From positions 1 through 37,962 of the forward strand of contig CAXUIM010000005.1 of assembly GCA_964250885.1 (NCBI GenBank): a stretch of DNA of 37,962 nt. Reading direction: 5' to 3'. Under the pieces are notes generated by a model. It saw only the letters and a program-made list of their open reading frames with translations. It did no database searches and was not told the origin of the DNA. The position numbers and the translations under genes are program-made. This DNA is from an uncultured Acidobacteriaceae bacterium (GTDB lineage Bacteria; Acidobacteriota; Terriglobia; Terriglobales; Acidobacteriaceae). This document shows, in pieces, positions 28,805 through 37,962 of the stretch (positions are counted from its first letter, which is position 1; each line of letters opens with the position of its first letter).

Positions 28805-29941
28805 ATGCACAAACGGCTCCAGCACCTGCTCCAGCCAGTCGCGCATGGTGTCTGGCTGTTGACTCCTTACTCTGACCGCTTCCGCTTTACGCTGAGGAAT
28901 CACCTTTCGCGTCAACCGGTGACATCGCCCCAAGGACCGGTGGTGTCGGTCGCTACCTACGGCCCAAGGTTGGCGACAGCGCATCTCGCCATGGAGTCCA
29001 TCGCGGCCGGCAGCCTGCGCCCCTCACGTCTGCTGTTGTGGCTGGACGACCCGGCGGAGTTCGCCAACCTGACACCGGCGCTCAAACGGCTGCAGGCCAG
29101 GGGAATGGAAGTCAAACTTAGTGACCGAAACTACGGCCCCCATAAGAAATACTTCCCCTATATAAAGAGCCGGCGGAGCGAAAACCTGCCCGGAGCAGCC
29201 GGGCCGCTGGTCACGGCCGACGACGACATCATGTATCCCCGGCACTGGCTTCGCGGACTGGTCAATGCCTATCGAGAGGCGCCCGATCTGGTGCAGTGCT
29301 ATCGCGCCCGGGTGGTGCGCGTCACAGAGATGGGGTTGGCTCCATACGCTACCTGGGAGCTATGCCATTCCAGCGTGCCCAGTGCCCTTACCCTGGCGAT
29401 TGGAGTTTCGGGAGTGATTTACCCGCCAGAGTTTCTGGATCGGCTGGAGAACGCCGGCGCCGCCTTCGAGCGGATTTGTCCGCGAGCCGACGACCTTTGG
29501 CTGCATGTCAACGCAGTGCGGCATGGCTTTCTGGTGCGTCAGATTGGTCCCAAGCCGGTGCACTTCACGGTGTTGCCAGGAACCCAGGAGATTGGTTTGC
29601 AGCAGCAGAATCTGCACAACAACGGCAATGATGAGCAGGTGCGGAAGACGTATGGAAGGGCCGATTTCGAGACACTGCGGGCGGCCGCAAACGCCTCTGT
29701 GTCCTCCGAGCGGTGCTCCACCTGGCCCGATGAGGGCGCGGGCCCCGCTGGCAACCCGCACAGAAAGGGCCGCTCAAGGGCCGGCAGCGATCTCCGCGGG
29801 GGGAACCGCGGTCTTTCTTCCGGCGGCGCGAAGCATCCACCAGATCAGAAAGTACATCACGACGATGAGCAGGCCATCGCTGGCCAGGCTGGCCCAGGCC
29901 GCCCCGCGCCAGGAGTAACGGGGAAGCAGCCAGAGGTTTAG
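28805..29941 (+). CDS. GT-A fold (GT2-like) glycosyltransferase; C-terminal extension overlaps wzx
   Basis: Motifs VVSVATYGPR, YGPHKKY, VTADDDIMYP, GVSGVIYPP and ADDLW. Confidence 0.82.
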   Translation: MHKRLQHLLQPVAHGVWLLTPYSDRFRFTLRNHLSRQPVTSPQGPVVSVATYGPRLATAHLAMESIAAGSLRPSRLLLWLDDPAEFANLTPALKRLQARGMEVKLSDRNYGPHKKYFPYIKSRRSENLPGAAGPLVTADDDIMYPRHWLRGLVNAYREAPDLVQCYRARVVRVTEMGLAPYATWELCHSSVPSALTLAIGVSGVIYPPEFLDRLENAGAAFERICPRADDLWLHVNAVRHGFLVRQIGPKPVHFTVLPGTQEIGLQQQNLHNNGNDEQVRKTYGRADFETLRAAANASVSSERCSTWPDEGAGPAGNPHRKGRSRAGSDLRGGNRGLSSGGAKHPPDQKVHHDDEQAIAGQAGPGRPAPGVTGKQPEV

Positions 29942-31075
29942 GAGGCCATTCAGGAGGGCCACCAGCACCTGACCGGCCGTACGGGCTCCCTGAAACCCGG
30001 CGCCGGTCAGCGCGTCGGCAGCGGGGTAGTGCAGGGACTTGAGCAGGGGCAGAAGGGCCAGCCATCTCAGGGCGACGATGGCCTCGGCGTAATCTTTGCC
30101 GAGAATGTAGGGGATCAAGGGCGCCGCCGCAAACAGCACAATACCGATCAGCAGCGAATAACCGGAGAAGATGGGCAGCAGGCGCAGAAGAAACTTGTAG
30201 GTGGCCTGCAGACCACCCTCGCCCTTGCGGAAGAACGAGGCGTAGGTCGCGTACAAGACCGAGCGTATCGGCGTGAAGCTGACATCCACAAACCGATACG
30301 CGACGGCATAGATACCCGTTGCTTCCAGCGTCGACATACGGGCGAGCATCGTCTTATCGAGATCGTTATAGAGCGTCTGCGCCGCGATGCTGGTACTGAA
30401 GTAGCTGCCTTCGAGCATCTCCTTGGGGCGCAGGATGGTGATGTGATCGGGCGGACCGATGCGGCGTCGCGCCAGAGCAATCGCTACGACCGCGGACAGT
30501 CCCGTGCTGGCCAGGTAGAACCATCCCCACTCCGATGCGGAGATGCGATGCAAATAAAAGAAGGCGAAGGCCGCGCCCAGCAGCCGGATGATGTTCGGCA
30601 GAAGGTTTAGTTGAGCCGTCTGTTTCAGGCAATCGATGGCCTGAAACGCCTGTCCAGCAACCTCAATCAGGCGGATGGCGATAATGTCGGAAAGCCCGAC
30701 CAGGATCAGCAGGTGCCAGGAGACACCGGAGGAGAGCACACGCTTCTTGAGCGGGAGTGTGACCAGAAAGAGCAGCACGCCGGTAGCGAGGGTGGTGCCG
30801 AGAGCTTTACCCCAATACAGCGCGTAGCTGCTTCGATCCCGGGAGACGTTTTTGACCAGAATGCTGCCGCTGCCCAACCCGCAGAAAGGAGCCAGAATCT
30901 GGACGAACGCGGTGACCCCGACGAAGGCTCCGTATTGCACCACGCCCAGTGCTCGGGCGATGAAGACGAAGTACGCGGCCTGGACTACAAGCCTCAGGCC
31001 GAATCCCATGAACATCCACAAAGAGTTCCGAGCGACCGGCATCGCCTGTACTCTTTTTAAAAACGATCGAAGCAT
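29774..31075 (-). CDS. wzx: Wzx flippase (polysaccharide biosynthesis transporter)
   Basis: ARNSLW..IARALG..YG, DKTML..TGIYAVAYRF and PRYSWRGAAWAS, with about 12 TMs. Confidence 0.9.
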   Translation of the reverse strand: MLRSFLKRVQAMPVARNSLWMFMGFGLRLVVQAAYFVFIARALGVVQYGAFVGVTAFVQILAPFCGLGSGSILVKNVSRDRSSYALYWGKALGTTLATGVLLFLVTLPLKKRVLSSGVSWHLLILVGLSDIIAIRLIEVAGQAFQAIDCLKQTAQLNLLPNIIRLLGAAFAFFYLHRISASEWGWFYLASTGLSAVVAIALARRRIGPPDHITILRPKEMLEGSYFSTSIAAQTLYNDLDKTMLARMSTLEATGIYAVAYRFVDVSFTPIRSVLYATYASFFRKGEGGLQATYKFLLRLLPIFSGYSLLIGIVLFAAAPLIPYILGKDYAEAIVALRWLALLPLLKSLHYPAADALTGAGFQGARTAGQVLVALLNGLLNLWLLPRYSWRGAAWASLASDGLLIVVMYFLIWWMLRAAGRKTAVPPAEIAAGP

Positions 31076-31184
31076 GTACCTTACCCTGGAGACAACGCTC
31101 TGCCGCGATCGGGATGGCCGCGGAAGACGTTGCGTACAGCCGAACCATGGCCATCATACGGAGTTCCTCCGTATCGGGATCCGC

Positions 31185-31299
31185 CTAGAGCATTTCTCCT
31201 GTCGCTGTGACCCGGATGGATCGTGCAAGTGCCGTCTTCTTTGAGGAACAACGGCCGTGAAACCCGAAGCTCCCCCTACCTGCAGGAGAAAGGCTCTAG
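31185..31299 (+). mobile_element. MITE-like family 1, best-preserved copy (115 bp, CTAG at both ends)
   Basis: TIRs CTAGAGCATTTCTCCTG (31185-31201) and CAGGAGAAAGGCTCTAG (31283-31299) match at 16/17. No coding capacity. Confidence 0.85.
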
Positions 31300-31413
31300 G
31301 AGCTTGTTGAAAATCGGCTTTTGTGGCTTCGCTAACTTCGCGAAACCCGCTTTGATTGCGGGTTTCGTACTTGCCTCGCGGACATCCGAGGTGCTTTTTC
31401 AACAAGCTCCTAG
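31296..31413. mobile_element. MITE-like family 2 (118 bp), sharing a CTAG with the family 1 copy
   Basis: Perfect 18-bp inverted ends CTAGGAGCTTGTTGAAAA / TTTTCAACAAGCTCCTAG. Internal perfect 10-bp hairpin at 31341-31367. Confidence 0.85.
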
Positions 31414-31854
31414 GCAGAAAGACTTGTCAAGTCCGGCGAATATCCTAGCCTAGCATAGCGTCGTGAGGCGCTGCGGAGCGACGCCGGTTCACTTGCGTAG
31501 TGCCGAATCGGGAACGGTACTGCGAAATTCCGAGGGTTGGCTCCTTCCTGTATGGAGCAGAAATCCTATCCTGCGGGCTGTGCTGCATATACGGCTTGCG
31601 GGGACGATCCGGGATTCGCCCGGGTTGGAGGCACGACACGCCCTTGCGAGCCGCGCACCAGCCGTAGGAATACACCAGTGCCCGCAACACCATTGCAGGG
31701 TTGGATGACAGGTCTGCCGCACGATTCAAAACCTATTATGATGTTGCTATCAAAAGCCGTTTTCCCAGGTTGCGTCAGCACGTTCCTTGCGCGGGGTTTG
31801 GCTCCTGGAGAGCTCTTTCGATCCGTCAAGACTCCGCACAAAGGTGAGCTTCAA

Positions 31855-33645
31855 ATGCTTGGAGATTCAGGTGGAGTGCCCGGTCCGTCCTCGCGGCTGA
31901 AGTTTGAGTGGCTTCTATATCCACTTCTTCTGATTGCGGCGATGGCGATCTATTATCCCCGGGCGAAACACAATCTTCCGGTTGCAATCAATGTGGATGA
32001 CCGCACCTCGCTCGCCGTCCTTTTGCGGTTCCATCAGGGCAGCGCTAATCCAAAATTCTTCATGTATCCCACGTTGTACTATTACCTGACCTATGCACTG
32101 ACAGCCGGATTTGGATTTGCACGGATTTTGCTGACCGGACATCTTCTCAACCTCGGTCTTATTGGGGTTACGGCAGGTATCAGCTACAGGTTCTGTGTCC
32201 GGCATTTCAGGTCCAGGGGCGCTGGCCTGGTTGCGGCAGGTTGTGTTCTGTTCAGCCCTACGATGGTTGCGAGCGGCACCTATCTGTGCACGGACATCCT
32301 GCTTTCAGCCATGACGATTCTCTCCGTGAGTCTGCTGATTGGTTATTTCGAATCGGGATCATCGCGAGACTGGCTGTTGGCGATGCTGGCAGTCGGATGC
32401 GCCATTGCGACCAAGTACACGGCAGCCATTCTGTTTGTCGCCTATTTCGTGGTGGAGCTGGTGCAGTCCTACAGGCGGCAGACCCAGACCGCGCCGGCGG
32501 AAGACGGAGCTGAGGGGCCGCACTTTGCGCGGTCCACCGTCAGTCTGGCACTGATCGCACTCTGTGTGGCTTGTGGGCTTATAGCGGTCTTTTTTCCGGT
32601 AAATCGAATTCTGCACTTCGTGGCCTTGCACCGGACCAACTTAGACCCACGATCACAGCGGGATTACCTTTTCTTTCTCAACCGGCTGCGCCAAGTGGCG
32701 CTGGAACTCTGTATCGGTTCCGCCGTTCTGCTGGCACTGACCCGATGGTCACGAACCGCATACGAATGCATCTCCTCCAAGCGGCCGTATTTCGGCGTGG
32801 TCATCTTGTTGGGCGTGTTCGTGATCACCACGCCGTATAGTGTTCTCGACCCGGGCAAGTTCATCTACGACCTGGGAGCTCTCTTGCGCGCTAATGTCGT
32901 GGTGCCCGGCACACACCAGCAGTGGAGCAATTATTGCTACTGGCTGTTCGATGACGAAAACGCGATAGCCGTGATCCTCGGCATCCTGGGACTGGGGCTG
33001 ATGATCGTTCGCGTTCCCTGGCGTTCCCTCAGCGCATCGCTTTACCTGGGTCTGTATGTGCTGACCATATGCAGCTCCCATCTGGGAACACCGCGGTATC
33101 TCAACCCAGCACTTCCTCTGCTGTACTGCGGAACAGGGTTGATGATGCAGGAGCTGTGGAGTGGACTTCCACACATTGCAGCTCTCGACCGGTGCTCCGG
33201 TTGGTGGAGGAGCGCCACGCTTCTGCTAGGCGTGTTAATGCTGGGGGGGATGATTCGGACCGTGGAGCAGGACGACAGAGCCGCCGCGCAGCACGATGCC
33301 TTCTATGCGAGCTATGCCAAGGTGCTGCAGATGGAGCAGCAATACAAGCTCCAGCAAGCTCCAGCCGCGGTTACCGGCGGGGAAGAACCTGCCACGGTTT
33401 TGTACGCCGGATTTACGCCCTCCGTGGAACTGGGTCTGGCCGGTGTCCGGATGCAGCCCCTGTCCTGGCCAGGGCTCGAAGAAGGAGGCCTCGGCGAGCA
33501 CCTGCCATGCAACGATCTGTTGATCCTCAATATGAAGCAGGCGGCAGCCAATCATATCTATCCGCAGGAAGACCCCAGCGTCGATCTGCTGTTGGAGGAT
33601 ACGGAAGGGGCGGGACAGATGGTGGTCCGAAGACGGGGTTGCTGA
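31855..33645 (+). CDS. ArnT/PMT-like (GT-C fold) phospholipid-carrier-dependent glycosyltransferase
   Basis: Start set at ATG 31855 (AAGGTGAG upstream). Motifs NVDD, NPKFFMYPTLY, AIATKYTA, TTPY and PRYLNP, with many TMs. Confidence 0.78.
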   Translation: MLGDSGGVPGPSSRLKFEWLLYPLLLIAAMAIYYPRAKHNLPVAINVDDRTSLAVLLRFHQGSANPKFFMYPTLYYYLTYALTAGFGFARILLTGHLLNLGLIGVTAGISYRFCVRHFRSRGAGLVAAGCVLFSPTMVASGTYLCTDILLSAMTILSVSLLIGYFESGSSRDWLLAMLAVGCAIATKYTAAILFVAYFVVELVQSYRRQTQTAPAEDGAEGPHFARSTVSLALIALCVACGLIAVFFPVNRILHFVALHRTNLDPRSQRDYLFFLNRLRQVALELCIGSAVLLALTRWSRTAYECISSKRPYFGVVILLGVFVITTPYSVLDPGKFIYDLGALLRANVVVPGTHQQWSNYCYWLFDDENAIAVILGILGLGLMIVRVPWRSLSASLYLGLYVLTICSSHLGTPRYLNPALPLLYCGTGLMMQELWSGLPHIAALDRCSGWWRSATLLLGVLMLGGMIRTVEQDDRAAAQHDAFYASYAKVLQMEQQYKLQQAPAAVTGGEEPATVLYAGFTPSVELGLAGVRMQPLSWPGLEEGGLGEHLPCNDLLILNMKQAAANHIYPQEDPSVDLLLEDTEGAGQMVVRRRGC

Positions 33646-33888
33646 ACTCAGGGCTGCGGCGACGAACCGGCGTATGGGAGTGGAAGCTGTCAAGGATTCG
33701 GCGCGAATGAGTTCTGATAAACTCAAGGCTCTCTGGACCAAGACATACAACTTTGATCGATGCTGTCATGCAGCAGCCAGTCTCGATCTCGGCAAGTATG
33801 CGCAGATGCAAAGAACCGCAGGATTCGCGAAACCTGTTCGCGGCTTCGATTGCCAGCCTGGGCATGCAGAGGTGTTTAGGACCTACGG

Positions 33889-35979
33889 ATGAGCTCTTCC
33901 TCTGATAGCCTGCGCGCGCGCGCCTATCGTCGCGATATCGACGGATTGCGGTCTCTCGCCATTCTTTCCGTGGTCCTGTTTCATGCCGGCCTGCGGCCGC
34001 TTTCAGGCGGGTTCACAGGCGTGGATATCTTCTTCGCGATCTCCGGTTACCTGATTGGCGGTCACATCAACTCCGAGTTGACCCATGGATCGTTCAGCTT
34101 CGCCCGGTTCTACAGAAACCGGGCGAAGAGAATCCTGCCGGCGCTCTATGCCGTCCTGATCGCGGTGCTGGCGATCGGCCTGCTGCTGCTGTCTCCCCGC
34201 GAGCTGCGCGACCTGGCCATGTATGCCTTCTCGACCACCGCTTCGGCTTCAAACATCATGCTGTGGCGGACGGTCGGCTACTTCGCCCCGACCGCGGACC
34301 AGAATCCGTTGCTGATGACGTGGTCCCTGGGAGTTGAGGAGCAGTTTTATCTGGTTGTCCCCGTGCTGCTTGTACTCGTAGCCAAGCTGCGGCATAGGCT
34401 CAGCTTCCTGGTCGTCATCCTGATCAGCGCGGTGTCGTTCGGCGTCGCCCTCTACCAGGTCCGGCACAGTCCTGACCCCGCGTTCTATCTGCTAACCTCG
34501 CGGGCCTGGGAACTGGGCATCGGCGTCGCTCTGGCCATCTTCGAGGTGGAGGGCCGCCGCTTGCCGGCGCTGCAAACGCGTCTGGCAAATGAGGTGCAGG
34601 CCTGGGCTGGCCTGGTCCTGATGGTGGCGCCATTCTTCCTGCTCAATTCGCGAATGCCCTTTCCGGGGGTGGCGGCGTTGCCCTCGGTGGCCGGTGCGGC
34701 GCTCCTGCTGTCCTCGAGCGGAGCCTGGGTCAACGAGAGACTGCTCTCATGGTCTCCGCTGGTATTCATTGGAAGGGTCTCGTACTCGTTCTACCTGGTG
34801 CACTGGCCGGTGCTGGCCTACCTGCACGTGTTGCGTGGAGACGCTCTGCCCGTTGCCTGGGCGCTGCTCGGAACAGCCATCGCCTTTGGCCTGGCGGTAC
34901 TCTCCTACTATTTCGTCGAACGGCCTTTCCGCTCCTCAAAGAGGGCAGCCGGTCCGCTGCTGGTGCGCTATGCGGCGGTGAGCCTTCTGCTGCTTGCGGT
35001 CTCTGGAGCGATCTACAGGAGCAATGGTCTGCGCTGGCGTTATCCGCAGGCAGCGGCCCTGGATGACATAGCAGCCAACGTGATCCGGATGCATCCGGAT
35101 GCCTGTCTGATCGAAGAGGGACACGCCTTGATGAATCAAGCGCCGGCGTGCACCGGCGTCAATGTGCCGGGAGCGCACATCGCTTTGTGGGGTGATAGCC
35201 ACGCGTCGGCTGTGGCGGCTTCCTTGCGCGCCCGAGCGGAGCGCCAAGGCTACTTCATGGAGGAGTATGCCAAGACATCGTGCCCCCCGTTGTACGGGGT
35301 TGGGCGGACCTATCGTCTCCACCCCTCCTCGCTTGTGGAGTGCATACGCTTCAATGATGCCGTGCTGAAGCGTCTCACCGGGGATCCGCAGGTCAAGATC
35401 GTTGTCTTGGACGCGTATTGGGATGGGGCCTTCGATCCACACTATACGGACGAAGGGAAGTTGGCCACGGCCGGCCATGCTGCCACGGACCCTCCCACCC
35501 AAGGCCAGAGCGAGGCACTGTTGAAGTCTGCGCTGACTAACACGTTGCGCGCACTGCTTACGGCGGGCAAGCAAGTTGTCGTGGTCGGCGATTCACCTGT
35601 CTTCGATGTCAATCCGATCTGGCGGATGCGGACCCGGGATATTCCCCTGCGCTGGAAGCTCTCGCGAATTCTGAATGGGGACACGGATGTGGACCCGGGA
35701 GCCGAGCCGGCCTTCGATGACACACCACCGCAGCAGGCAGGGGAGAGATTGCTGCAGGAGGTCGCGAGCTCGCTCCCTGGCGTGACTTTCTGGGACACGC
35801 GGGAGCAATTGTGTGATTCGCGCAGCTTGTGCGTTTACCGGAAGGATCGGATGCCACTGTATGTGGACACCAATCATCTTTCGCCGGCAGGAGCGCTTCG
35901 AGTCTCAAATGAATGGACCCTGCCGCTCTCTGCTCCGGCGGGCGGGACTGTAGCCGAGGCGAGAGATCCCGCCCCGTAA
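33889..35979 (+). CDS. Acyltransferase-3 + SGNH O-acyltransferase (OafA/OatA-like)
   Basis: YRRDIDGLR, GVDIFFAISGYLI, WSLGVEEQFY and SYSFYLVHWP. SGNH motifs WGDSHA and DTNHLS. Confidence 0.93.
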   Translation: MSSSSDSLRARAYRRDIDGLRSLAILSVVLFHAGLRPLSGGFTGVDIFFAISGYLIGGHINSELTHGSFSFARFYRNRAKRILPALYAVLIAVLAIGLLLLSPRELRDLAMYAFSTTASASNIMLWRTVGYFAPTADQNPLLMTWSLGVEEQFYLVVPVLLVLVAKLRHRLSFLVVILISAVSFGVALYQVRHSPDPAFYLLTSRAWELGIGVALAIFEVEGRRLPALQTRLANEVQAWAGLVLMVAPFFLLNSRMPFPGVAALPSVAGAALLLSSSGAWVNERLLSWSPLVFIGRVSYSFYLVHWPVLAYLHVLRGDALPVAWALLGTAIAFGLAVLSYYFVERPFRSSKRAAGPLLVRYAAVSLLLLAVSGAIYRSNGLRWRYPQAAALDDIAANVIRMHPDACLIEEGHALMNQAPACTGVNVPGAHIALWGDSHASAVAASLRARAERQGYFMEEYAKTSCPPLYGVGRTYRLHPSSLVECIRFNDAVLKRLTGDPQVKIVVLDAYWDGAFDPHYTDEGKLATAGHAATDPPTQGQSEALLKSALTNTLRALLTAGKQVVVVGDSPVFDVNPIWRMRTRDIPLRWKLSRILNGDTDVDPGAEPAFDDTPPQQAGERLLQEVASSLPGVTFWDTREQLCDSRSLCVYRKDRMPLYVDTNHLSPAGALRVSNEWTLPLSAPAGGTVAEARDPAP

Positions 35980-36068
35980 CAGTCCAGCCAGGTAGATCAT
36001 CCCTGCGCGGGCTGAAAGTGAAAGTCCGCGACACCCGCGCGCCCAGCAGACTACCTCATTTAATGTGT

Positions 36069-36923
36069 TCAGCTGTAGTGTTTCAAGCGTGTCAACTGCA
36101 AAAACGTGTACCAGACAAAACGCGGGTTGTTGATCAGGTAGCGGCGCCACAAACGCCGGGGCTCTTTGATTAAACGAAACAACCACTGGAGGCCGGCCTT
36201 CTTCATCCAGTCGGGAGCTTCATCGAGATTGCCGGATAACAAATCGAATGCGGCCCCAACCCCCACCATCAGTTTGACCGGCATCACCTGGCAGTACTTC
36301 GCCATGAAGCGCTCCTGTTTGGGGGTGCTTAAGCCGCACCACAGCACATCGACGTTCAGGGCTTCAAGTTCAGCCTTCAGGGCCACCTCCTCAGATTCAT
36401 TGAGTGGACGAAAGGGGGGAGAGTACATTCCGGCGATCTGAATGCCTGGAAACCGCTGGCGCAGCTCCGTGGCAAGTTGCTCCGCCACCCCCGGCTTGCC
36501 ACCATAGAGGAAGTGCCTGTAGCCCGGCTTGACCGAACGCTCGCAGAGGCCCAGCATGTAATCCGGCCCGTAGACGCGCGACATATCCCGGTGCCCGTGT
36601 ATTCCCCCCAGCCAGACCGTGGGCATGCCATCCGGTGTGGTCAGGAAGGATTGGTTCAATATATTCCGAAAGTCCTGGCAGGCCTGCGCCTCCATGATTC
36701 CGTGGACTCCGGTGACACAGACGTAACCCTTCTCACCGCGCTGCAGGTGGTACTCGCTTTCGCGCAACGCACTTTCCATGGTGAGGACGCTGACGCCGAC
36801 CCCCAAAATATTTACTCGGGCAATGCCGGATCCCTGCTCCTCGTGCTGAGGTTCTTCAAGGAAGCCGCTTTGAGCGGCGGGAAAACCAGCGCTCGAACTG
36901 GGTTGTGTGGCGTTGCTGGCCAA
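36069..36923 (-). CDS. WecB/TagA/CpsF family glycosyltransferase (GT26)
   Basis: PDGMP.VW, RVYGPD, LYGG, GLSTPKQE, GVGAAFD and EPRRLWRRY. AGGAGG RBS before the TTG start. Confidence 0.93.
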   Translation of the reverse strand: MASNATQPSSSAGFPAAQSGFLEEPQHEEQGSGIARVNILGVGVSVLTMESALRESEYHLQRGEKGYVCVTGVHGIMEAQACQDFRNILNQSFLTTPDGMPTVWLGGIHGHRDMSRVYGPDYMLGLCERSVKPGYRHFLYGGKPGVAEQLATELRQRFPGIQIAGMYSPPFRPLNESEEVALKAELEALNVDVLWCGLSTPKQERFMAKYCQVMPVKLMVGVGAAFDLLSGNLDEAPDWMKKAGLQWLFRLIKEPRRLWRRYLINNPRFVWYTFLQLTRLKHYS

Positions 36924-37646
36924 GTCGTCCTCCTACGTAATAAGTGGTAAAAGTTTACCATTAACACCAGATGTCGGAGCCGTTCACTGCGCTCTGCTTG
37001 ATTTCCAGGCTTTCCTTTGGTGTTTCACTGGACCTGAGTAGCAGGCGGGGGTCCAAATGGAGGTGTGATAGGCGACAACCGGCACCACCCAGTCGCCACC
37101 GTTGGCGGAGCCGCAGTTGAGCAGCTGTTTCCTGGATGTGCGGGTAAGTCCTGGGATGCATACGGTGAGGCAAAGGATGGCAGCGAGAAAGCCACTTCTG
37201 ATTCGTTGGCTAGCCGTGCCGGCATCAAGGCTTTGCAATCCGGGTCGTCTCCTGCTTTGAAAACCCGGACAGCAATGGGTTGTCGCGGAGTGTAGCTGCA
37301 AAGCGCAAAGCGCAAAGCGCGTGATCAGCGGAATCAAAAGGGAACTGGTGAATCTTGTTATCTTCACCGACGCCACCCCTGAGGCAAGGCACTCGCTGTT
37401 GTGCCGCTGCTGGCGAAGAAATCTAGACAAAGGGCATCTGGACTGGTACGGACAATGGGAGCGAGTTTGTCCTGTGGGCTTGAAAGGCTCGCAGCGAAGG
37501 TCATGAGGAACAGTGAGAAAACTGGCTCTCAAAAACGGGTCGAGAGGACTGCATTGCTGGCATCTGTCATCAACAGCTAGCGTTTCACCACGAGCGTTGA
37601 GTGTTGCCAAGGCATGATGGTCCCATCGGGTACGCCGTCGAACTGA

Positions 37647-37925
37647 TCAAGGCCCACCACGCAGACTTCGTACCAACGCTGGCCACAGAAGCGTTGAGAA
37701 CCCCCGGACGCCTGGTTTGTGGCTCCGGTTCGATTGATGGCCTCGTGCCGTGTGCGCCAGCCCGAGGCCGGCGTTCTCCTGGTGCCGCGCCACGAGCCGG
37801 TACGCCTGCCGCTCACTTAGACCCAAAACGGAAGCGGCTGCGGCCACCATCCGCCTGCCCGGCTGCACCTCATTCAAAACCTCGACACGCTAAACGTCGC
37901 GCTCGCTCTGACAGATCTAATGGGC
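37647..37925 (-). pseudogene. Degraded ISNCY (IS1202-like) transposase N-terminal HTH fragment
   Basis: Reads SERDV*RVEVLNEVQPGRRMVAAAASVLGLSERQAYRLVARHQE..LAHTARGHQSN, resembling ISNCY transposase N-termini. In-frame TAG at 37890-37892 and no catalytic domain. Boundaries are approximate. Confidence 0.7.
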
Positions 37926-37962
37926 GCGGGACCTGTCATTTCTATCCGGCGCTAATAGGCTC

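Noticed and set aside
15025-31413. Dispersed repeats as a CRISPR array or integron attC sites
   Set aside because: They are not regularly spaced, occur in both orientations, lack GTTRRRY cores, and no cas or integrase gene is present. The TIR and CTAG structure fits MITEs.
31537-31854. Upstream extensions of the GT-C ORF (likewise 14470-14553 and 23614-23763)
   Set aside because: The extensions are not protein-like, and better starts exist downstream (RBS, paralog agreement or domain start).
37298-37320. (GCAAAGC)x3 tandem repeat as a c-di-GMP riboswitch fragment
   Set aside because: It lacks the GNRA/receptor stems and is a simple short repeat with no support for function.
36984-37610. 208-aa minus-strand ORF upstream of the GT26 gene
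   Set aside because: The composition is atypical (rich in Cys, Arg and Ser) with no motifs, so it is probably non-coding or decayed.

Overview
This is a GC-rich (roughly 60%) bacterial window, probably Acidobacteriaceae (inferred from the Oar-type TonB receptor and the Ig-repeat lipoproteins). It has three blocks. (1) 1-9.5 kb is a carbohydrate-utilisation locus. It holds a Tat-exported GH127-like enzyme that runs off the left edge and is missing from the ORF track, an overlapping sugar-binding protein / DUF1080-sensor histidine kinase / NarL-type regulator trio with no ABC permease, and a divergent TonB-dependent receptor. (2) 10-18.3 kb holds a lipoprotein and a tandem pair of duplicated lipoproteins. 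Each of the pair has a clan GH-A (GH39/PslG-like) domain on six ~80-aa Ig-like repeats and a conserved ~110-nt leader. (3) 19.4-36.9 kb is a Wzx/Wzy-type polysaccharide cluster: Wzy, Wza, Wzc, Wzx, two GT2-type enzymes, a GT26, two GT-C membrane transferases, an AT3-SGNH O-acyltransferase and a third GH39-like lipoprotein. The intergenic spaces carry 5-7 copies of an unannotated ~115-bp MITE-like element. One copy shares its CTAG end with a second, unrelated MITE. A degraded ISNCY-type transposase lies at the right end. No RNA genes or CRISPR array were seen. All family calls come from motif recognition by eye.
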